Shown piece by piece: positions 30,469 to 40,403 of a stretch of DNA of 64,000 nucleotides (positions are counted from its first letter, which is position 1; each line of letters starts with the position of its first letter). The translations under genes and the position numbers were made by a program. This DNA is from Candidatus Omnitrophota bacterium (GTDB lineage: Bacteria > Omnitrophota > Gorgyraeia > Zapsychrales > JANLHA01). The DNA lies in NCBI GenBank assembly GCA_022711395.1, contig JAKLFA010000004.1:204996-268995 (forward strand), given 5' to 3'. The notes below the pieces were generated by a model. The model searched no databases. It saw nothing but the letters and a program-made list of their open reading frames with translations, and was not told where the DNA came from.

Positions 30469-30523
30469 TTACGGCCATCGCTCCTTTAAATGCGCAAAAT
30501 CCGAAAAGGAAGCCATGGCCGTA
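30469..30523. promoter_or_regulatory. 10-bp perfect inverted repeat (TTACGGCCAT / ATGGCCGTAA) spaced by ~35 nt in the skp-lpxD intergenic region
   Basis: Direct reading of the sequence. Confidence 0.5.
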
Positions 30524-30537
30524 ATCTGATACAAAAT

Positions 30538-31050
30538 TTACTTCTTATAACCGCTGTTCAAGATCTCAAGGATCGCGTCCGTCACGTTCATCGAATCTTG
30601 ACCGTAGATCAGGACCCGATCATTCAGGATAAAATCAAATCCTTCTTTTTTGGCGTATCCGCTCACAGCATCTTCCACTTCCAAAAGGATCTCACGGATC
30701 TTATCATCCCGTTTTTTTGTCAGGTCCGTTCCTTTTGCCTGGTCGAAATCACGCAATTCCGTGATGAGCTTGTCGATCTCATCTTGCTGCTTCTGTTTTT
30801 CTTCTTCCTTTAAAAGCGCCAGCTTTCCCTGCAGCTCCTGGATCTTCTCGATCTTAGTATTGCGTTCCTTTTGATAGGCATCATGCTCAGCCTCAAGGAC
30901 CTTATCATATTCCTTGGTCTTTTCATAATTATCAAACGTCTTGCTCAGATCAAGATATCCGATCTTTTGAGCTTGCGCCGCACCAGCCATCGCAAACGAA
31001 AAAATGAAGGCCGTTGCCAACATCACCATCAATACTTTCTTCACGTTCAA
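30538..31050 (-). CDS. skp: periplasmic chaperone Skp (OmpH)
   Basis: Signal peptide and Skp-like coiled-coil sequence. Located between bamA and lpxD as in many diderms. Confidence 0.75.
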   Translation of the reverse strand: MNVKKVLMVMLATAFIFSFAMAGAAQAQKIGYLDLSKTFDNYEKTKEYDKVLEAEHDAYQKERNTKIEKIQELQGKLALLKEEEKQKQQDEIDKLITELRDFDQAKGTDLTKKRDDKIREILLEVEDAVSGYAKKEGFDFILNDRVLIYGQDSMNVTDAILEILNSGYKK

Positions 31051-31070
31051 CCTCCTTATAAGTTGTAAAA

Positions 31071-33389
31071 TTAAAATCCCCTGCTGACGCTAAAATAGAA
31101 CTTCCCGGACCGGGACTCCTCTCCGGGCTCATCATCCAACGGATAACCATAATCAAGATTGACCGGACCGATCGGCGTCTTAAGACGGAACCCCACACCC
31201 GTTCCAGATTTATACCCGCCATTGCCAAAATCATCGATCTGCGCCCACACGTTACCGACATCGTAAAAGACCGCGAATTTCAAAAATTCAACCAAAGGGA
31301 TCGTCCACTCCACGTTTCCCACCAGCAAGGATTCCCCACCGATCGGGTCATTGGTCAAAGAATCCAGCGGACCGACTTTCCGTTCATCATACCCGCGGAT
31401 CGACCTGGCGCCCCCGGCAAAAAACCGTTCAAAAATCGGCACTGAATCTGAGCTGCCATACTCCGTGACCATCCCTGCCCGTAAACGGAATTCCAAAACC
31501 GAATCATATCTTAAAGGCACATGGTAGCTGCCTCTTCCTGACAAACGGTAGAAATCTTTATCGAAACCGAACGGCCCACCCGCCACATCCAACGTACTGC
31601 TGACCATATATCCCTTGGTCGGGTTCAACGTACTGTCACGAATATCACGTGTCAAAGTAAAGCCCATGCTGCTGACGGTACTCTCTCCAGCTTCCGCTTT
31701 CAGATCGTTTGAAGCCGCCGGATCCACATCTGAAATATCGGCATTCTCCAAACGGTAATTCGTATTCCCATATACGTATTCCGCGATCTGTTTTCCGAGC
31801 CGCAAATTGAGCCCTTTCCGCCGCTCATCATAAGAATAACCCGTATCTGATTCACGATCACGCTCCGCCAAATACAGATCAAAACCACCCGAGATCGGAT
31901 AATCCATGATCCACGGTTCCGTGAAGCTTAACTGAAAATTGTTGCGAGATGAACCGGATTCCGCACGGAAAGACAGGTCCTGGCCGCCCCCTGTAAATGT
32001 AGGCCAGTTCGTGAAATCAAAATTCTTTTGTTCAATTTCAAAGAACCCCACCAAATTATCGACCGTGCTGTAACCTCCGCCGAAATTAAACGATCCTGTT
32101 TTGGCTTCCTCAACCTGAACGATCAAGTTCTTACGCTCCGGCACGTCTGTATCTTCAATATCATACGTGATATCAGAAAAATACCCCAGATCGGTCAGGC
32201 GCTCCTTGCTGCGGCGCAACTTTGAACCGTCAAAACGATCACCGGGAAACAGCTTCAATTCCCGACGGACAACAATGTCACGGGTCCTCGTATTGCCCTG
32301 GATCTTGATCTTATTGATAAAAGCCAGTTCGCCTTCGACCACTTCCACCTGGACCCCAACACGCCCGGTCTCAGGATTAAGCGCTGTGGATTCTCTCAAT
32401 TGCGCAAAAATATAACCTTGATCAAAATAGACAGTGCGGATCTCCGCCAAGTCCAAGCTTAATTTGTCCCGGCTGAAAACATTGCCTTCCTTAATATACT
32501 TCATCGCCTTAAGGATATCTTCCTTTGAAATAATATCATTGCCCTTGATCGTAACACTGTCGACAAAGTACTGTTTGCCTTCCTCAATAAAGATCTTTAC
32601 AAAGATCTTTCCTTTTTTATAGTCCTCAAATTCCTGACGGACCTTGACATCAATAAACCCTTCTTTTTCATAAAATCCCTTGATCCGGGCGATATCCTCT
32701 TCCAAGACCTGTTCTTTCAGATAACCGGAAGTGAAAATCCCGTCCGGTCGGCTTTTAATAACGCGCATCAGCCTCTTGCGGTTAAACTTTTCATTACCAA
32801 AAAATTTGATCTGCCGAACCTTGACCCTTACACCCTCATCGATCACAAAATGCAATTTCACTTTATTGTTCAGCTTATCCGTTTCTTCTTCAAGCCGGAC
32901 AGTGGCAAGGGTCAAGCCCTTCTTTTCATAAAGGTCCTTGATCACCTTCTCATCATCCTTAAGCGCTTTACGGTCCAAAAATTTGCCTTTTTTGGTTTGC
33001 ATCTTCTTTAAAAGATACGCCGGCTTGTAATAACGCAACTTGGAAAATGTGATCTCCTCAACGACTGGCTTTTCCTCAACATTAAAGATGACCTTAAAGC
33101 CGTTTTCGTGGTCCTGACGGTCCACCCTCACATCGGAAAAGAACCCGGTATTATAAAGCCTCTTTAAATCATCCGAAACAACGTTCTGGATATACTCTTC
33201 ATTGACGCGGGTCTTGATCTTGGCAAGGATCGTGGCCAGAGAAATGGTCTTATTTCCCGTAACTTCAATAGCAGTAACCATTTTCTTCTCTGAAGAAACA
33301 GCCGGATTGACCTCTGGCTGCTGGGCGTGCACAAAAGAAGATGAAATTACTACAAGTCCTATGGCAATAGCTATCAAGGATTTCTGCAT
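31071..33389 (-). CDS. bamA: outer membrane protein assembly factor BamA
   Basis: Signal peptide MQKSLIAIAIGLVVISSSFVHA, POTRA repeats and a C-terminal beta-barrel ending in an aromatic residue (F). Confidence 0.85.
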   Translation of the reverse strand: MQKSLIAIAIGLVVISSSFVHAQQPEVNPAVSSEKKMVTAIEVTGNKTISLATILAKIKTRVNEEYIQNVVSDDLKRLYNTGFFSDVRVDRQDHENGFKVIFNVEEKPVVEEITFSKLRYYKPAYLLKKMQTKKGKFLDRKALKDDEKVIKDLYEKKGLTLATVRLEEETDKLNNKVKLHFVIDEGVRVKVRQIKFFGNEKFNRKRLMRVIKSRPDGIFTSGYLKEQVLEEDIARIKGFYEKEGFIDVKVRQEFEDYKKGKIFVKIFIEEGKQYFVDSVTIKGNDIISKEDILKAMKYIKEGNVFSRDKLSLDLAEIRTVYFDQGYIFAQLRESTALNPETGRVGVQVEVVEGELAFINKIKIQGNTRTRDIVVRRELKLFPGDRFDGSKLRRSKERLTDLGYFSDITYDIEDTDVPERKNLIVQVEEAKTGSFNFGGGYSTVDNLVGFFEIEQKNFDFTNWPTFTGGGQDLSFRAESGSSRNNFQLSFTEPWIMDYPISGGFDLYLAERDRESDTGYSYDERRKGLNLRLGKQIAEYVYGNTNYRLENADISDVDPAASNDLKAEAGESTVSSMGFTLTRDIRDSTLNPTKGYMVSSTLDVAGGPFGFDKDFYRLSGRGSYHVPLRYDSVLEFRLRAGMVTEYGSSDSVPIFERFFAGGARSIRGYDERKVGPLDSLTNDPIGGESLLVGNVEWTIPLVEFLKFAVFYDVGNVWAQIDDFGNGGYKSGTGVGFRLKTPIGPVNLDYGYPLDDEPGEESRSGKFYFSVSRGF

Positions 33390-33423
33390 GATGAATCGAT
33401 TATACGGTCTCCCTAAACGCATG

Positions 33424-34755
33424 TCAATCAACATGTGCAAGATTTTCAAAACGAACAAATTCTTTTAAGAATGCCAGCTTAAACGACCCCACTGGACCGT
33501 TACGCTGCTTGGCGATAATGACCTCCGCCTTGCCCCTGTTCTCCTCCGTAGGCATATAATATTCTTCACGCACCAACAAAATCACCACATCCGCATCCTG
33601 CTCAATGGCGCCGGACTCTCTTAAGTCAGACAGCTGCGGCTTATGGTCCTGGCGGCTTTCGACCGCACGGGAAAGCTGGCTCAAAGCCACGATCGGGACC
33701 TTCAGTTCACGGGCCAGAGCCTTAATCGAACGAGAAATCTCGGAGATCTCCTGTTGGCGGCTGTCCGCACGGGTATGCCCCCTCATCAGCTGCAAATAAT
33801 CCAGAACGATCAGTTGGATGTCATGCTGCGATTTCAAACGGCGGGCCTTTGCCCTCAACTCGAGCGCGGAAATTGCCGGCGTGTCATCTATAAAAATCCT
33901 GGCGTTTGAAAGTTTTCCGGCGGCCTTGGTCAGCAGCGGCCAATCCGACGGCGAAAGAAATCCGGTCCGCACTTTGTGCGCATCCACACGGGCCTGAGAG
34001 CACAACATGCGCTGCACGAGCTGCTCTTTGGACATCTCGAGGCTGAAGATCGCCACCGGTTTCTGCACATCAATGCCGACGTGCTCGATAATGGAACCCG
34101 CCAGGGCGCTTTTTCCCATGGAAGGACGCCCGGCCAGAATGATCAGATCCGACGATTGAAGCCCTGAGGTCATCCGGTCAAAATCGATAAAACCAGTCGC
34201 AACACCGGTCACCTTCTCTTTTTTCTGGAAAAGCTTGTCAATGTTCTCAATGCTATGTTTGACCAGGTCCTTGATATCCGAAGCGCTTTGCCGGTGTTTG
34301 ACCTCAGAGATCTCGAAGATCAACTCTTCAGCCCGGTCCACGATTTGATCAACGTCCGAACCGCTCGCATAGCAAGTGTTCACGATCTCCGTCGCGTTCT
34401 TGATCAGGTTACGCAGGATCCCCTTGGACTTAACAATATCCGCATAATGCTCGACATTCGCGGACGTTGGAACGATCTCCGCGAGCTGTGACAAATACGG
34501 CAGTCCGCCGACCCGTTCAAGATTCCCATCTCCCCTTAAACGGTCCGAAAGCGTGATCAAATCAACATTTTTTCTCTGATTGTATAACTCAAGAATCGCC
34601 TGGAAAATAATGCGGTGAGCGTCCTCATAGAACCAAGCTGAGTCCAGCGTCTCAAGAGCGACGCCGATCGCTTCTTCATCGATCAGCATCGCTCCCAAAA
34701 CAGATTGTTCAGCTTCGATATTTTGCGGTGGAACTTTTATTTCTTGGCTACCCAT
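33424..34755 (-). CDS. dnaB: replicative DNA helicase DnaB
   Basis: N-terminal DnaB domain (NIEAEQSVLGAML), Walker A GRPSMGKS. No intein. Confidence 0.9.
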   Translation of the reverse strand: MGSQEIKVPPQNIEAEQSVLGAMLIDEEAIGVALETLDSAWFYEDAHRIIFQAILELYNQRKNVDLITLSDRLRGDGNLERVGGLPYLSQLAEIVPTSANVEHYADIVKSKGILRNLIKNATEIVNTCYASGSDVDQIVDRAEELIFEISEVKHRQSASDIKDLVKHSIENIDKLFQKKEKVTGVATGFIDFDRMTSGLQSSDLIILAGRPSMGKSALAGSIIEHVGIDVQKPVAIFSLEMSKEQLVQRMLCSQARVDAHKVRTGFLSPSDWPLLTKAAGKLSNARIFIDDTPAISALELRAKARRLKSQHDIQLIVLDYLQLMRGHTRADSRQQEISEISRSIKALARELKVPIVALSQLSRAVESRQDHKPQLSDLRESGAIEQDADVVILLVREEYYMPTEENRGKAEVIIAKQRNGPVGSFKLAFLKEFVRFENLAHVD

Positions 34756-35180
34756 ACTCGGACTTTAGCCTTTACATCCGGATGAAGCTGGACGCCAATA
34801 TCGTAAATGCCCAGCTCATCGATCGGTTTTTCCAGTTCGATGGCCTTTTTATCGATCTCAAAACCGTCATCGCTGAATGCCTTCGCAATGTCGGCCTCCG
34901 TGATCGAACCATACATCTTCTCAAGGTCGTTGACCTCAACAGTGATGGTGATCGAAGCCTTCTCCAGCTTCTCGGCCAGCCCCAGAGCCTCGCCCTTCTT
35001 CTGCTCATACTCCTGGGCCTGCTTCGCTTTCTGCTGCTCGATCTTTTTCACGTTCCCAGGTGTCGCAACAAAAGCCATGTTCCGTGGAAAAAGATAGTTA
35101 CGCGCATAGCCGTCCTTGACCTTGACCACGTCCCCGATCTTCCCGAGCTTTTTAATGGTTTGACAAAGAATGACTTCCAT
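34737..35180 (-). CDS. rplI: 50S ribosomal protein L9
   Basis: MEVILCQTIKKLGKIGDVVKVKDGYARNYLFP. Confidence 0.9.
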   Translation of the reverse strand: MEVILCQTIKKLGKIGDVVKVKDGYARNYLFPRNMAFVATPGNVKKIEQQKAKQAQEYEQKKGEALGLAEKLEKASITITVEVNDLEKMYGSITEADIAKAFSDDGFEIDKKAIELEKPIDELGIYDIGVQLHPDVKAKVRVWVAKK

Positions 35181-35251
35181 GACCCGTCCTTTATTTATAC
35201 ATTAGACGATTAACAGATTCCTCAACTCAATCTTGGAACGGAACCCTTCCG

Positions 35252-35503
35252 TTACTTTCGCTTAGCCGCTCCGACCGGCAACAAGCCCAAATACCTGGCC
35301 CGTTTGATCGCATTCGAGATCTGCCGTTGCTGCTGAGCCGTGACGCCACTTAACCGACGGGATATGATCTTTCCCCGGTCCGTTAAATATTTCTTGATGA
35401 GATCCACGTCCTTATAGGAGATCTGCAGATCCTTCTCAATCACGTATTTAACCGATCGCTTCCTCGGTTTCAGGATTTTTTTTCGAAACGTTTTCTTAAC
35501 CAA
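35252..35503 (-). CDS. rpsR: 30S ribosomal protein S18
   Basis: [29 protein letters not shown]. Confidence 0.9.
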   Translation of the reverse strand: MVKKTFRKKILKPRKRSVKYVIEKDLQISYKDVDLIKKYLTDRGKIISRRLSGVTAQQQRQISNAIKRARYLGLLPVGAAKRK

Positions 35504-35537
35504 TTTCCCCTCCTTAACACATCGATATCAAATCAGT

Positions 35538-35966
35538 TTATTCATCCCAAGCTACATCTTCTGGCATAATGGCCTGATCATCCGCTGAATGATCCAAAGA
35601 CAGGCCATCACCTGATCCGTCTTCACCCTGCCCCGGTGAAAATTTACCCAAGAACTGAACCCGCTCCGCACGCACATCGATCGTGCTGCGTTTCTGCCCG
35701 TCGGTTGTCTCCCATGAACGGGATTGAAGCACTCCTTCTACAAAAATAGGGCTTCCTTTTTTAAGGTGCTGACAGCACGCCTCTGCCTGTTTGTCCCATA
35801 CCGTTACCGTCAAAAAGCAGACGTCTTCTTTCAGCTCACCTGTTTTGTCCCGAAAACGGCGGTTGACCGCAAGGCCTAAATTCGCGACGGGCACGCCTGC
35901 CGGCGTGTATCTCAATTCCGGGTCGCGCGTCAGGTTCCCGATCAAAAACGTTTTGTTCAAATTCGC
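35538..35966 (-). CDS. ssb: single-stranded DNA-binding protein
   Basis: OB-fold MANLNKTFLIGNLTRDPELRYTPAG and an acidic C-terminal tip. Internal start chosen so that it does not overlap rpsF. Confidence 0.85.
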   Translation of the reverse strand, partial: ANLNKTFLIGNLTRDPELRYTPAGVPVANLGLAVNRRFRDKTGELKEDVCFLTVTVWDKQAEACCQHLKKGSPIFVEGVLQSRSWETTDGQKRSTIDVRAERVQFLGKFSPGQGEDGSGDGLSLDHSADDQAIMPEDVAWDE

Positions 35967-36046
35967 CATTGTCCCCTCCTGCCACGTAATAATGTTAACC
36001 CACAAACTCTGTTCTTCCGGCTTTGAACCGGCATGACCGACCGGTC

Positions 36047-36328
36047 CTATGCGACAATCAGCGACCTCAAAACACGCTCGTTTAACTTCAAAGCACGTCT
36101 CAATTCCGCATTTTTGGCAGGGTTGCCTTCGTAATTGATCATATAATATGTTCCCTCGGAACACTTTTTCATACGAAAAGACATCCGGTGCTTATCAACC
36201 CACACCTGGCTGTTGATCACTTTTCCATCGCACTTTTGAATGGCCTCGCCGATCTCTTTGACCACAGCGTCCTTCTGTTCCTGCGGAAGCGTCGCGTCCA
36301 CAATGACCACTAATTCATACTTATTCAT
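36047..36328 (-). CDS. rpsF: 30S ribosomal protein S6
   Basis: MNKYELVVIVDATLPQEQ... S6 sequence. Conserved rpsF-ssb-rpsR order. Confidence 0.85.
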   Translation of the reverse strand: MNKYELVVIVDATLPQEQKDAVVKEIGEAIQKCDGKVINSQVWVDKHRMSFRMKKCSEGTYYMINYEGNPAKNAELRRALKLNERVLRSLIVA

Positions 36329-36911
36329 TATCCTTCCTTTTGTTGAATTGACTCATAACCTTTTCTATATCCGTTTCTTCAACCCACGCCCGGCAACAAT
36401 CAGAAGCTTCAGAAATGATAGCATCCAGCTCTCGCCGTTCTTCTGCAGAAAAGGCCGATAATACATAATCTGCCGGGTCTTGCCGGGAAGGCGGATTGCC
36501 CACTCCCAAGCGCAGCCTCATAAAATCCTGCGTCCCCAGATTTTCAATAATCGATTTCAATCCGTTATGGCCGCCGTCACTGCCTTTTGACCTTAAACGC
36601 AACTGGCCAAATTCCAGGCTGAAATCATCGCAAACAACCAAGCTTTCTGCTGGCTCCACTTTATAATATGAAAGTGCTCCGGCAACGGCCTGCCCGGACA
36701 GATTCATATAGGTCATCGGCATCAGCACGACAACCTTAACTTCCCCTAAACGGAACTGCGCCTCAAGCCCCCTGCAACAGCGGCTTGAAGAAAAGGACGC
36801 CTTCGCATCCTCCACAAAACGGCTCACAACCAAAAACCCCAAGTTGTGCCGCGTCCATTCATATTCTGCGCCGGGGTTACCCAACCCAGCGATCAACTTT
36901 GTCTGCAACAC
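36321..36911 (-). CDS. pth: peptidyl-tRNA hydrolase
   Basis: GLGNPGAEYEWTRHNLGF motif. Confidence 0.9.
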   Translation of the reverse strand: MLQTKLIAGLGNPGAEYEWTRHNLGFLVVSRFVEDAKASFSSSRCCRGLEAQFRLGEVKVVVLMPMTYMNLSGQAVAGALSYYKVEPAESLVVCDDFSLEFGQLRLRSKGSDGGHNGLKSIIENLGTQDFMRLRLGVGNPPSRQDPADYVLSAFSAEERRELDAIISEASDCCRAWVEETDIEKVMSQFNKRKDNE

Positions 36912-36935
36912 TCCTCCGGTCCCTTATTTGGTGTC

Positions 36936-37619
36936 CTACTTACCGCCACCTTCCGCCTTGCCTTCCCCTTCATCCGCTTTCGCCTTCTCCTTCTTGATCA
37001 CTTCAGGCTCCGCCCCCGGCTCGACCGCCGCAGGCGTTTCCTCTTCACGGCGAGGAGGGATAACTGAGAACACGATCGCCTCCGGGTCATGTTTGGTCTC
37101 AACCCCTTTAGGCAACTGAATGTTGGAAACACAGATCACTTGGCCGATCTCAAGCGCGGCAACATCGACCTCGATCTGCTCGGGAATATCCATCGGCAAA
37201 CAAACGATATCGAGTTCCCAAAGAATGTGTTCCAAAGAACCTTTGTCACGCTTCACCCCGATAGGTTCGCCCTTGGGCGCTAACGGAACGCGGACTTCGA
37301 TCTTTTCTTTCAAAGAAATGCGTTTAAAATCAACATGGATGATCTGGTCCGTGACATAATCATGCTGTTCTTCTTTAACGATCGCGGAATAATCACGAAC
37401 TCCCTTTTCACCCTCTTTGACATTGAGATGGAACAAAACCTCGCCATGATGCTGACGTCGCACGCGCTCATAGGTCCTGCGATCCACCTGTACCGGAGTC
37501 GGCTCCTGGTCCCCTCCATAAACGATCCCGGGGATCACGTCCCCTGTGCGCCGAAGGCCTTTTACCTTTTGGCCGCCGACTTCACTGCGAATTTGCACAT
37601 CAATTTTAACTTCTTCCAT
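36936..37619 (-). CDS. rplY: 50S ribosomal protein L25 / general stress protein Ctc
   Basis: L25 N-terminal domain plus Ctc-type C-terminal domain and a Lys/Glu/Ala-rich tail. Confidence 0.85.
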   Translation of the reverse strand: MEEVKIDVQIRSEVGGQKVKGLRRTGDVIPGIVYGGDQEPTPVQVDRRTYERVRRQHHGEVLFHLNVKEGEKGVRDYSAIVKEEQHDYVTDQIIHVDFKRISLKEKIEVRVPLAPKGEPIGVKRDKGSLEHILWELDIVCLPMDIPEQIEVDVAALEIGQVICVSNIQLPKGVETKHDPEAIVFSVIPPRREEETPAAVEPGAEPEVIKKEKAKADEGEGKAEGGGK

Positions 37620-37664
37620 TGCTCACTTCCTACCTTTGTATCGAACGGTTAAACGGAACTTGGT

Positions 37665-38609
37665 TTACTCAAACAAACAACTGATCGAAGCCTCATTATG
37701 AATACGATAAATCGCGTCCGCCAATAGAGGAGCGATCGTCACCGTAGTGATCTTCGGATTCGATTTTGTCTTTCGAAATGGGATGCTGTCTGTAATGACC
37801 ACTTCTTTCAGCACGGAACAATCCTGAATACGCTGAAGCGCGCTTCCCGAAAGAACACCGTGGCTGATCGCCGCATAGACCTCAAGAGCACCTTTCTTCC
37901 GCAAGCTTTCTGCTGCTTCAACCAAAGACCCTGCGGTGGCAACAATATCATCAACGATGACCGCGATCTTGTTTCGCACAGAACCCAAAATATGCATGAC
38001 CTCGGTCTTTTCAGGGCTCATCCGGCGTTTATCAACGACCGCAAGCGACGCCCCCAGCCGTTTCGAATAAGCGCGGGCCATTTTGATGCTCCCCACATCC
38101 GGAGAGACCACCACCAATTTTCGCCGGTCAAGGTTCTTGGTGCGGAAATAGTCACACAAAGAATGGATCGCATAAAGATGATCCACTGGAATATCAAAGA
38201 AGCCCTGAATCTGGCTGGCGTGAAGGTCCATGGTCAAAACACGGTTGGCCCCCGCCCCATGAATAAGATTAGCGACCAACTTCGCGGTGATCGGAACGCG
38301 TGGTTTATCCTTGCGGTCCTGACGGGCATATCCGTAATACGGCAATACCGCGGTGATCCGTTTAGCGGAAGCCCGGCGCGCCGCGTCGATCAGGACCAAA
38401 AGTTCCATCAGGTTATCATTGGCCGGCGGACAGGTCGGCTGAACAATGAACGTGTCCTTCCCCCGGATATTTTCCAAGATCTGAACGCGGATCTCTCCTT
38501 CGCTAAAACGGCCGACCAGAGCCTTCGTCAAAGAAATATGAAGATTCGTGCAGATCCTTTTTCCCAGCTCCGGATTTGCATTGCCGACCACAATAGCTAA
38601 ACCATCCAT
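37665..38609 (-). CDS. prs: ribose-phosphate pyrophosphokinase
   Basis: PRPP synthetase motifs including the PRPP-binding site VDDIVATAGS. Confidence 0.9.
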   Translation of the reverse strand: MDGLAIVVGNANPELGKRICTNLHISLTKALVGRFSEGEIRVQILENIRGKDTFIVQPTCPPANDNLMELLVLIDAARRASAKRITAVLPYYGYARQDRKDKPRVPITAKLVANLIHGAGANRVLTMDLHASQIQGFFDIPVDHLYAIHSLCDYFRTKNLDRRKLVVVSPDVGSIKMARAYSKRLGASLAVVDKRRMSPEKTEVMHILGSVRNKIAVIVDDIVATAGSLVEAAESLRKKGALEVYAAISHGVLSGSALQRIQDCSVLKEVVITDSIPFRKTKSNPKITTVTIAPLLADAIYRIHNEASISCLFE

Positions 38610-38626
38610 GAACCCTCTCCTTACTG

Positions 38627-39886
38627 TTATATTTTTCGCTTTCCGATGATCTTCCCAGGAACGCCGACCATCACGTGATGATCAGGAAGCGTCTTTTCCT
38701 TGGCCACGACGCATCCCGCACCGGTGACCGCCTGTTTTCCGATCTTCACCGGAGCCACCAAAATAGAATCTGATCCGATAAAAGCCCCATCCCCCAAACG
38801 GGTCAGGTGCTTTTCCTTCCCGTCAAAATTCGCGGTCACGACGCCAGCACCGATATTGACCTCGCGGCCAGCGACCGTGTCCCCCAAAAAGCTGAAATGC
38901 TTCATAAAGCTCTGGTCACCGATCGTGGAACGCGACACCTCTGTAAAATTACCGATCTCCACGTTATTGCCGATCTTGGTTCCTGGGCGGAAATGGGCGA
39001 ACGGCCCGATCACGCAATCTTTGCCGATCACAACGTTCTCTTCGATCACCGTGAACGGTTTGATCAGCGTTCCCCTGCCAATCTTGACATCGGCATCGAT
39101 GAAGGTCGTGGCTGGATCCACGATCGAGATCCCGTCCAACATAAACTTTTGCAGGATCCTTTGCCGCAAAACAGCTGCCGCACTGGCCAATTCTGCCTGT
39201 GTATTGATCCCCCAGCCTTCTTGAGGGCTGTCCGTTTCCATCGTTTCAATTTTCAAATTGCGCGCCGCCATGATCTCAACAACGTCTGTCAGATAAAATT
39301 CCTTCTTCTTGGGGTTCATTTTAACCAGCGGTAATGTTTTTAAAAGCGATTCATTCTTAAAACAATACACCCCGACATTGATCTCTAAAATGGACCGTTC
39401 GGACTCCAAGAGGTCTTTGTCCTCCCGGATAGCGATCGCTTGGCCATCCGTCGTGCGAAGGATCCGTCCATACCCCGAAGGATTTCCCACCACCGCTGTC
39501 AAGACCGTACAGCTGGCCCCGGTCTGACGGTGTTTCTTCACCAAGGCCTTCAGCGTTTCCGCCTTCAACAACGGCGTGTCTCCGCACAGGACAAGAACAT
39601 CTCCTCTAAAATCTTTCAAAAACCCTTCGACGCGCCTGACCGCATCCGCCGTCCCCAAAAGCTCCTTTTGAAGGACCGGCTCAACGCCTTCTCCCAAAAT
39701 CTTTTGCACTTTCTCAGCCTCATGGCCTACCACAACATACGATGTCAAAGAACCAGCCGACTGGACGGCCTTAAGCACATAGGACAACATCGGACGGCCG
39801 CATACGGGATGAAGGACCTTCGGCAGATCAGACTTCATCCGCGTCCCTTTTCCTGCCGCCAAAATGATCGCCCTTAATTCTTTCAT
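38627..39886 (-). CDS. glmU: bifunctional GlcNAc-1-P uridyltransferase / GlcN-1-P acetyltransferase
   Basis: ILAAGKGTRMKS nucleotidyltransferase motif and a C-terminal hexapeptide-repeat domain. Confidence 0.85.
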   Translation of the reverse strand: MKELRAIILAAGKGTRMKSDLPKVLHPVCGRPMLSYVLKAVQSAGSLTSYVVVGHEAEKVQKILGEGVEPVLQKELLGTADAVRRVEGFLKDFRGDVLVLCGDTPLLKAETLKALVKKHRQTGASCTVLTAVVGNPSGYGRILRTTDGQAIAIREDKDLLESERSILEINVGVYCFKNESLLKTLPLVKMNPKKKEFYLTDVVEIMAARNLKIETMETDSPQEGWGINTQAELASAAAVLRQRILQKFMLDGISIVDPATTFIDADVKIGRGTLIKPFTVIEENVVIGKDCVIGPFAHFRPGTKIGNNVEIGNFTEVSRSTIGDQSFMKHFSFLGDTVAGREVNIGAGVVTANFDGKEKHLTRLGDGAFIGSDSILVAPVKIGKQAVTGAGCVVAKEKTLPDHHVMVGVPGKIIGKRKI

Positions 39887-39908
39887 TTTAAAAAACTGAG
39901 TCGAAATA

Positions 39909-39979
39909 CTGCCCGGCCTGGATTCGAACCAGGAATGCGAGATCCAAATTCTCGAGTGTTACCATTACACTACCAGGCA
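39909..39979 (-). tRNA. tRNA-Gln (anticodon UUG)
   Basis: Manual cloverleaf fold: 7-bp acceptor stem (U1:A72, as in E. coli tRNA-Gln), D-arm GTGT/ACAC, anticodon stem CGAGA/TCTCG with loop ATTTGGA, T-arm CCTGG-TTCGAAT-CCAGG, discriminator G. Confidence 0.8.
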
Positions 39980-40013
39980 AAAACTCTTGCCTTTTTTAAA
40001 CGGTTCGTTCGCT

Positions 40014-40391
40014 CTATTTGTCTGCGGGATTTTCGGCCTCATAGGCCTTTAGCACTTCGGACTGTAAATAATCTCGGAACTCCTGAGTGATCGGATGAGC
40101 AATATCCCGATGTTCTGCCTTTGCATCACGGGCCAAGTCCTCTTCCGACGCCGGCTTTAGTTCCGCCCCGCATTGATTACAATATTTGCTCCCGACTTCA
40201 TTCTTAAAGCTGCACCTAGGACAAGGGGTTTTCATCTTCCGTGACGGCATGGCAATGAACATTCCGGTCGAGCCCTGGATAATCTTGATATTGCGGATCA
40301 CAAATGCCCCATCAAAGGTCACCGTGGCATAGGCCTTAAGCTTCTTATCCTGTCCTTCTTTCGAAAAAACGCGGACTTCCGTAATCTTCAT
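40014..40391 (-). CDS. spoVG: SpoVG-family protein with an internal C4 zinc-ribbon insertion
   Basis: SpoVG core on both sides (MKITEVRVF...GMFIAMPSRK and ...RDIAHPITQEFRDYL). Interrupted by CPRCSFKNEVGSKYCNQCG plus an acidic linker. Confidence 0.75.
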   Translation of the reverse strand: MKITEVRVFSKEGQDKKLKAYATVTFDGAFVIRNIKIIQGSTGMFIAMPSRKMKTPCPRCSFKNEVGSKYCNQCGAELKPASEEDLARDAKAEHRDIAHPITQEFRDYLQSEVLKAYEAENPADK

Positions 40392-40403
40392 CAGGAGCCT
40401 CCT

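Noticed and set aside
35538-36164. 208-aa ssb ORF with 65-aa N-terminal extension overlapping rpsF
   Set aside because: The canonical SSB start MANLNKT is internal. The extension overlaps the well-supported S6 gene and lacks SSB similarity.
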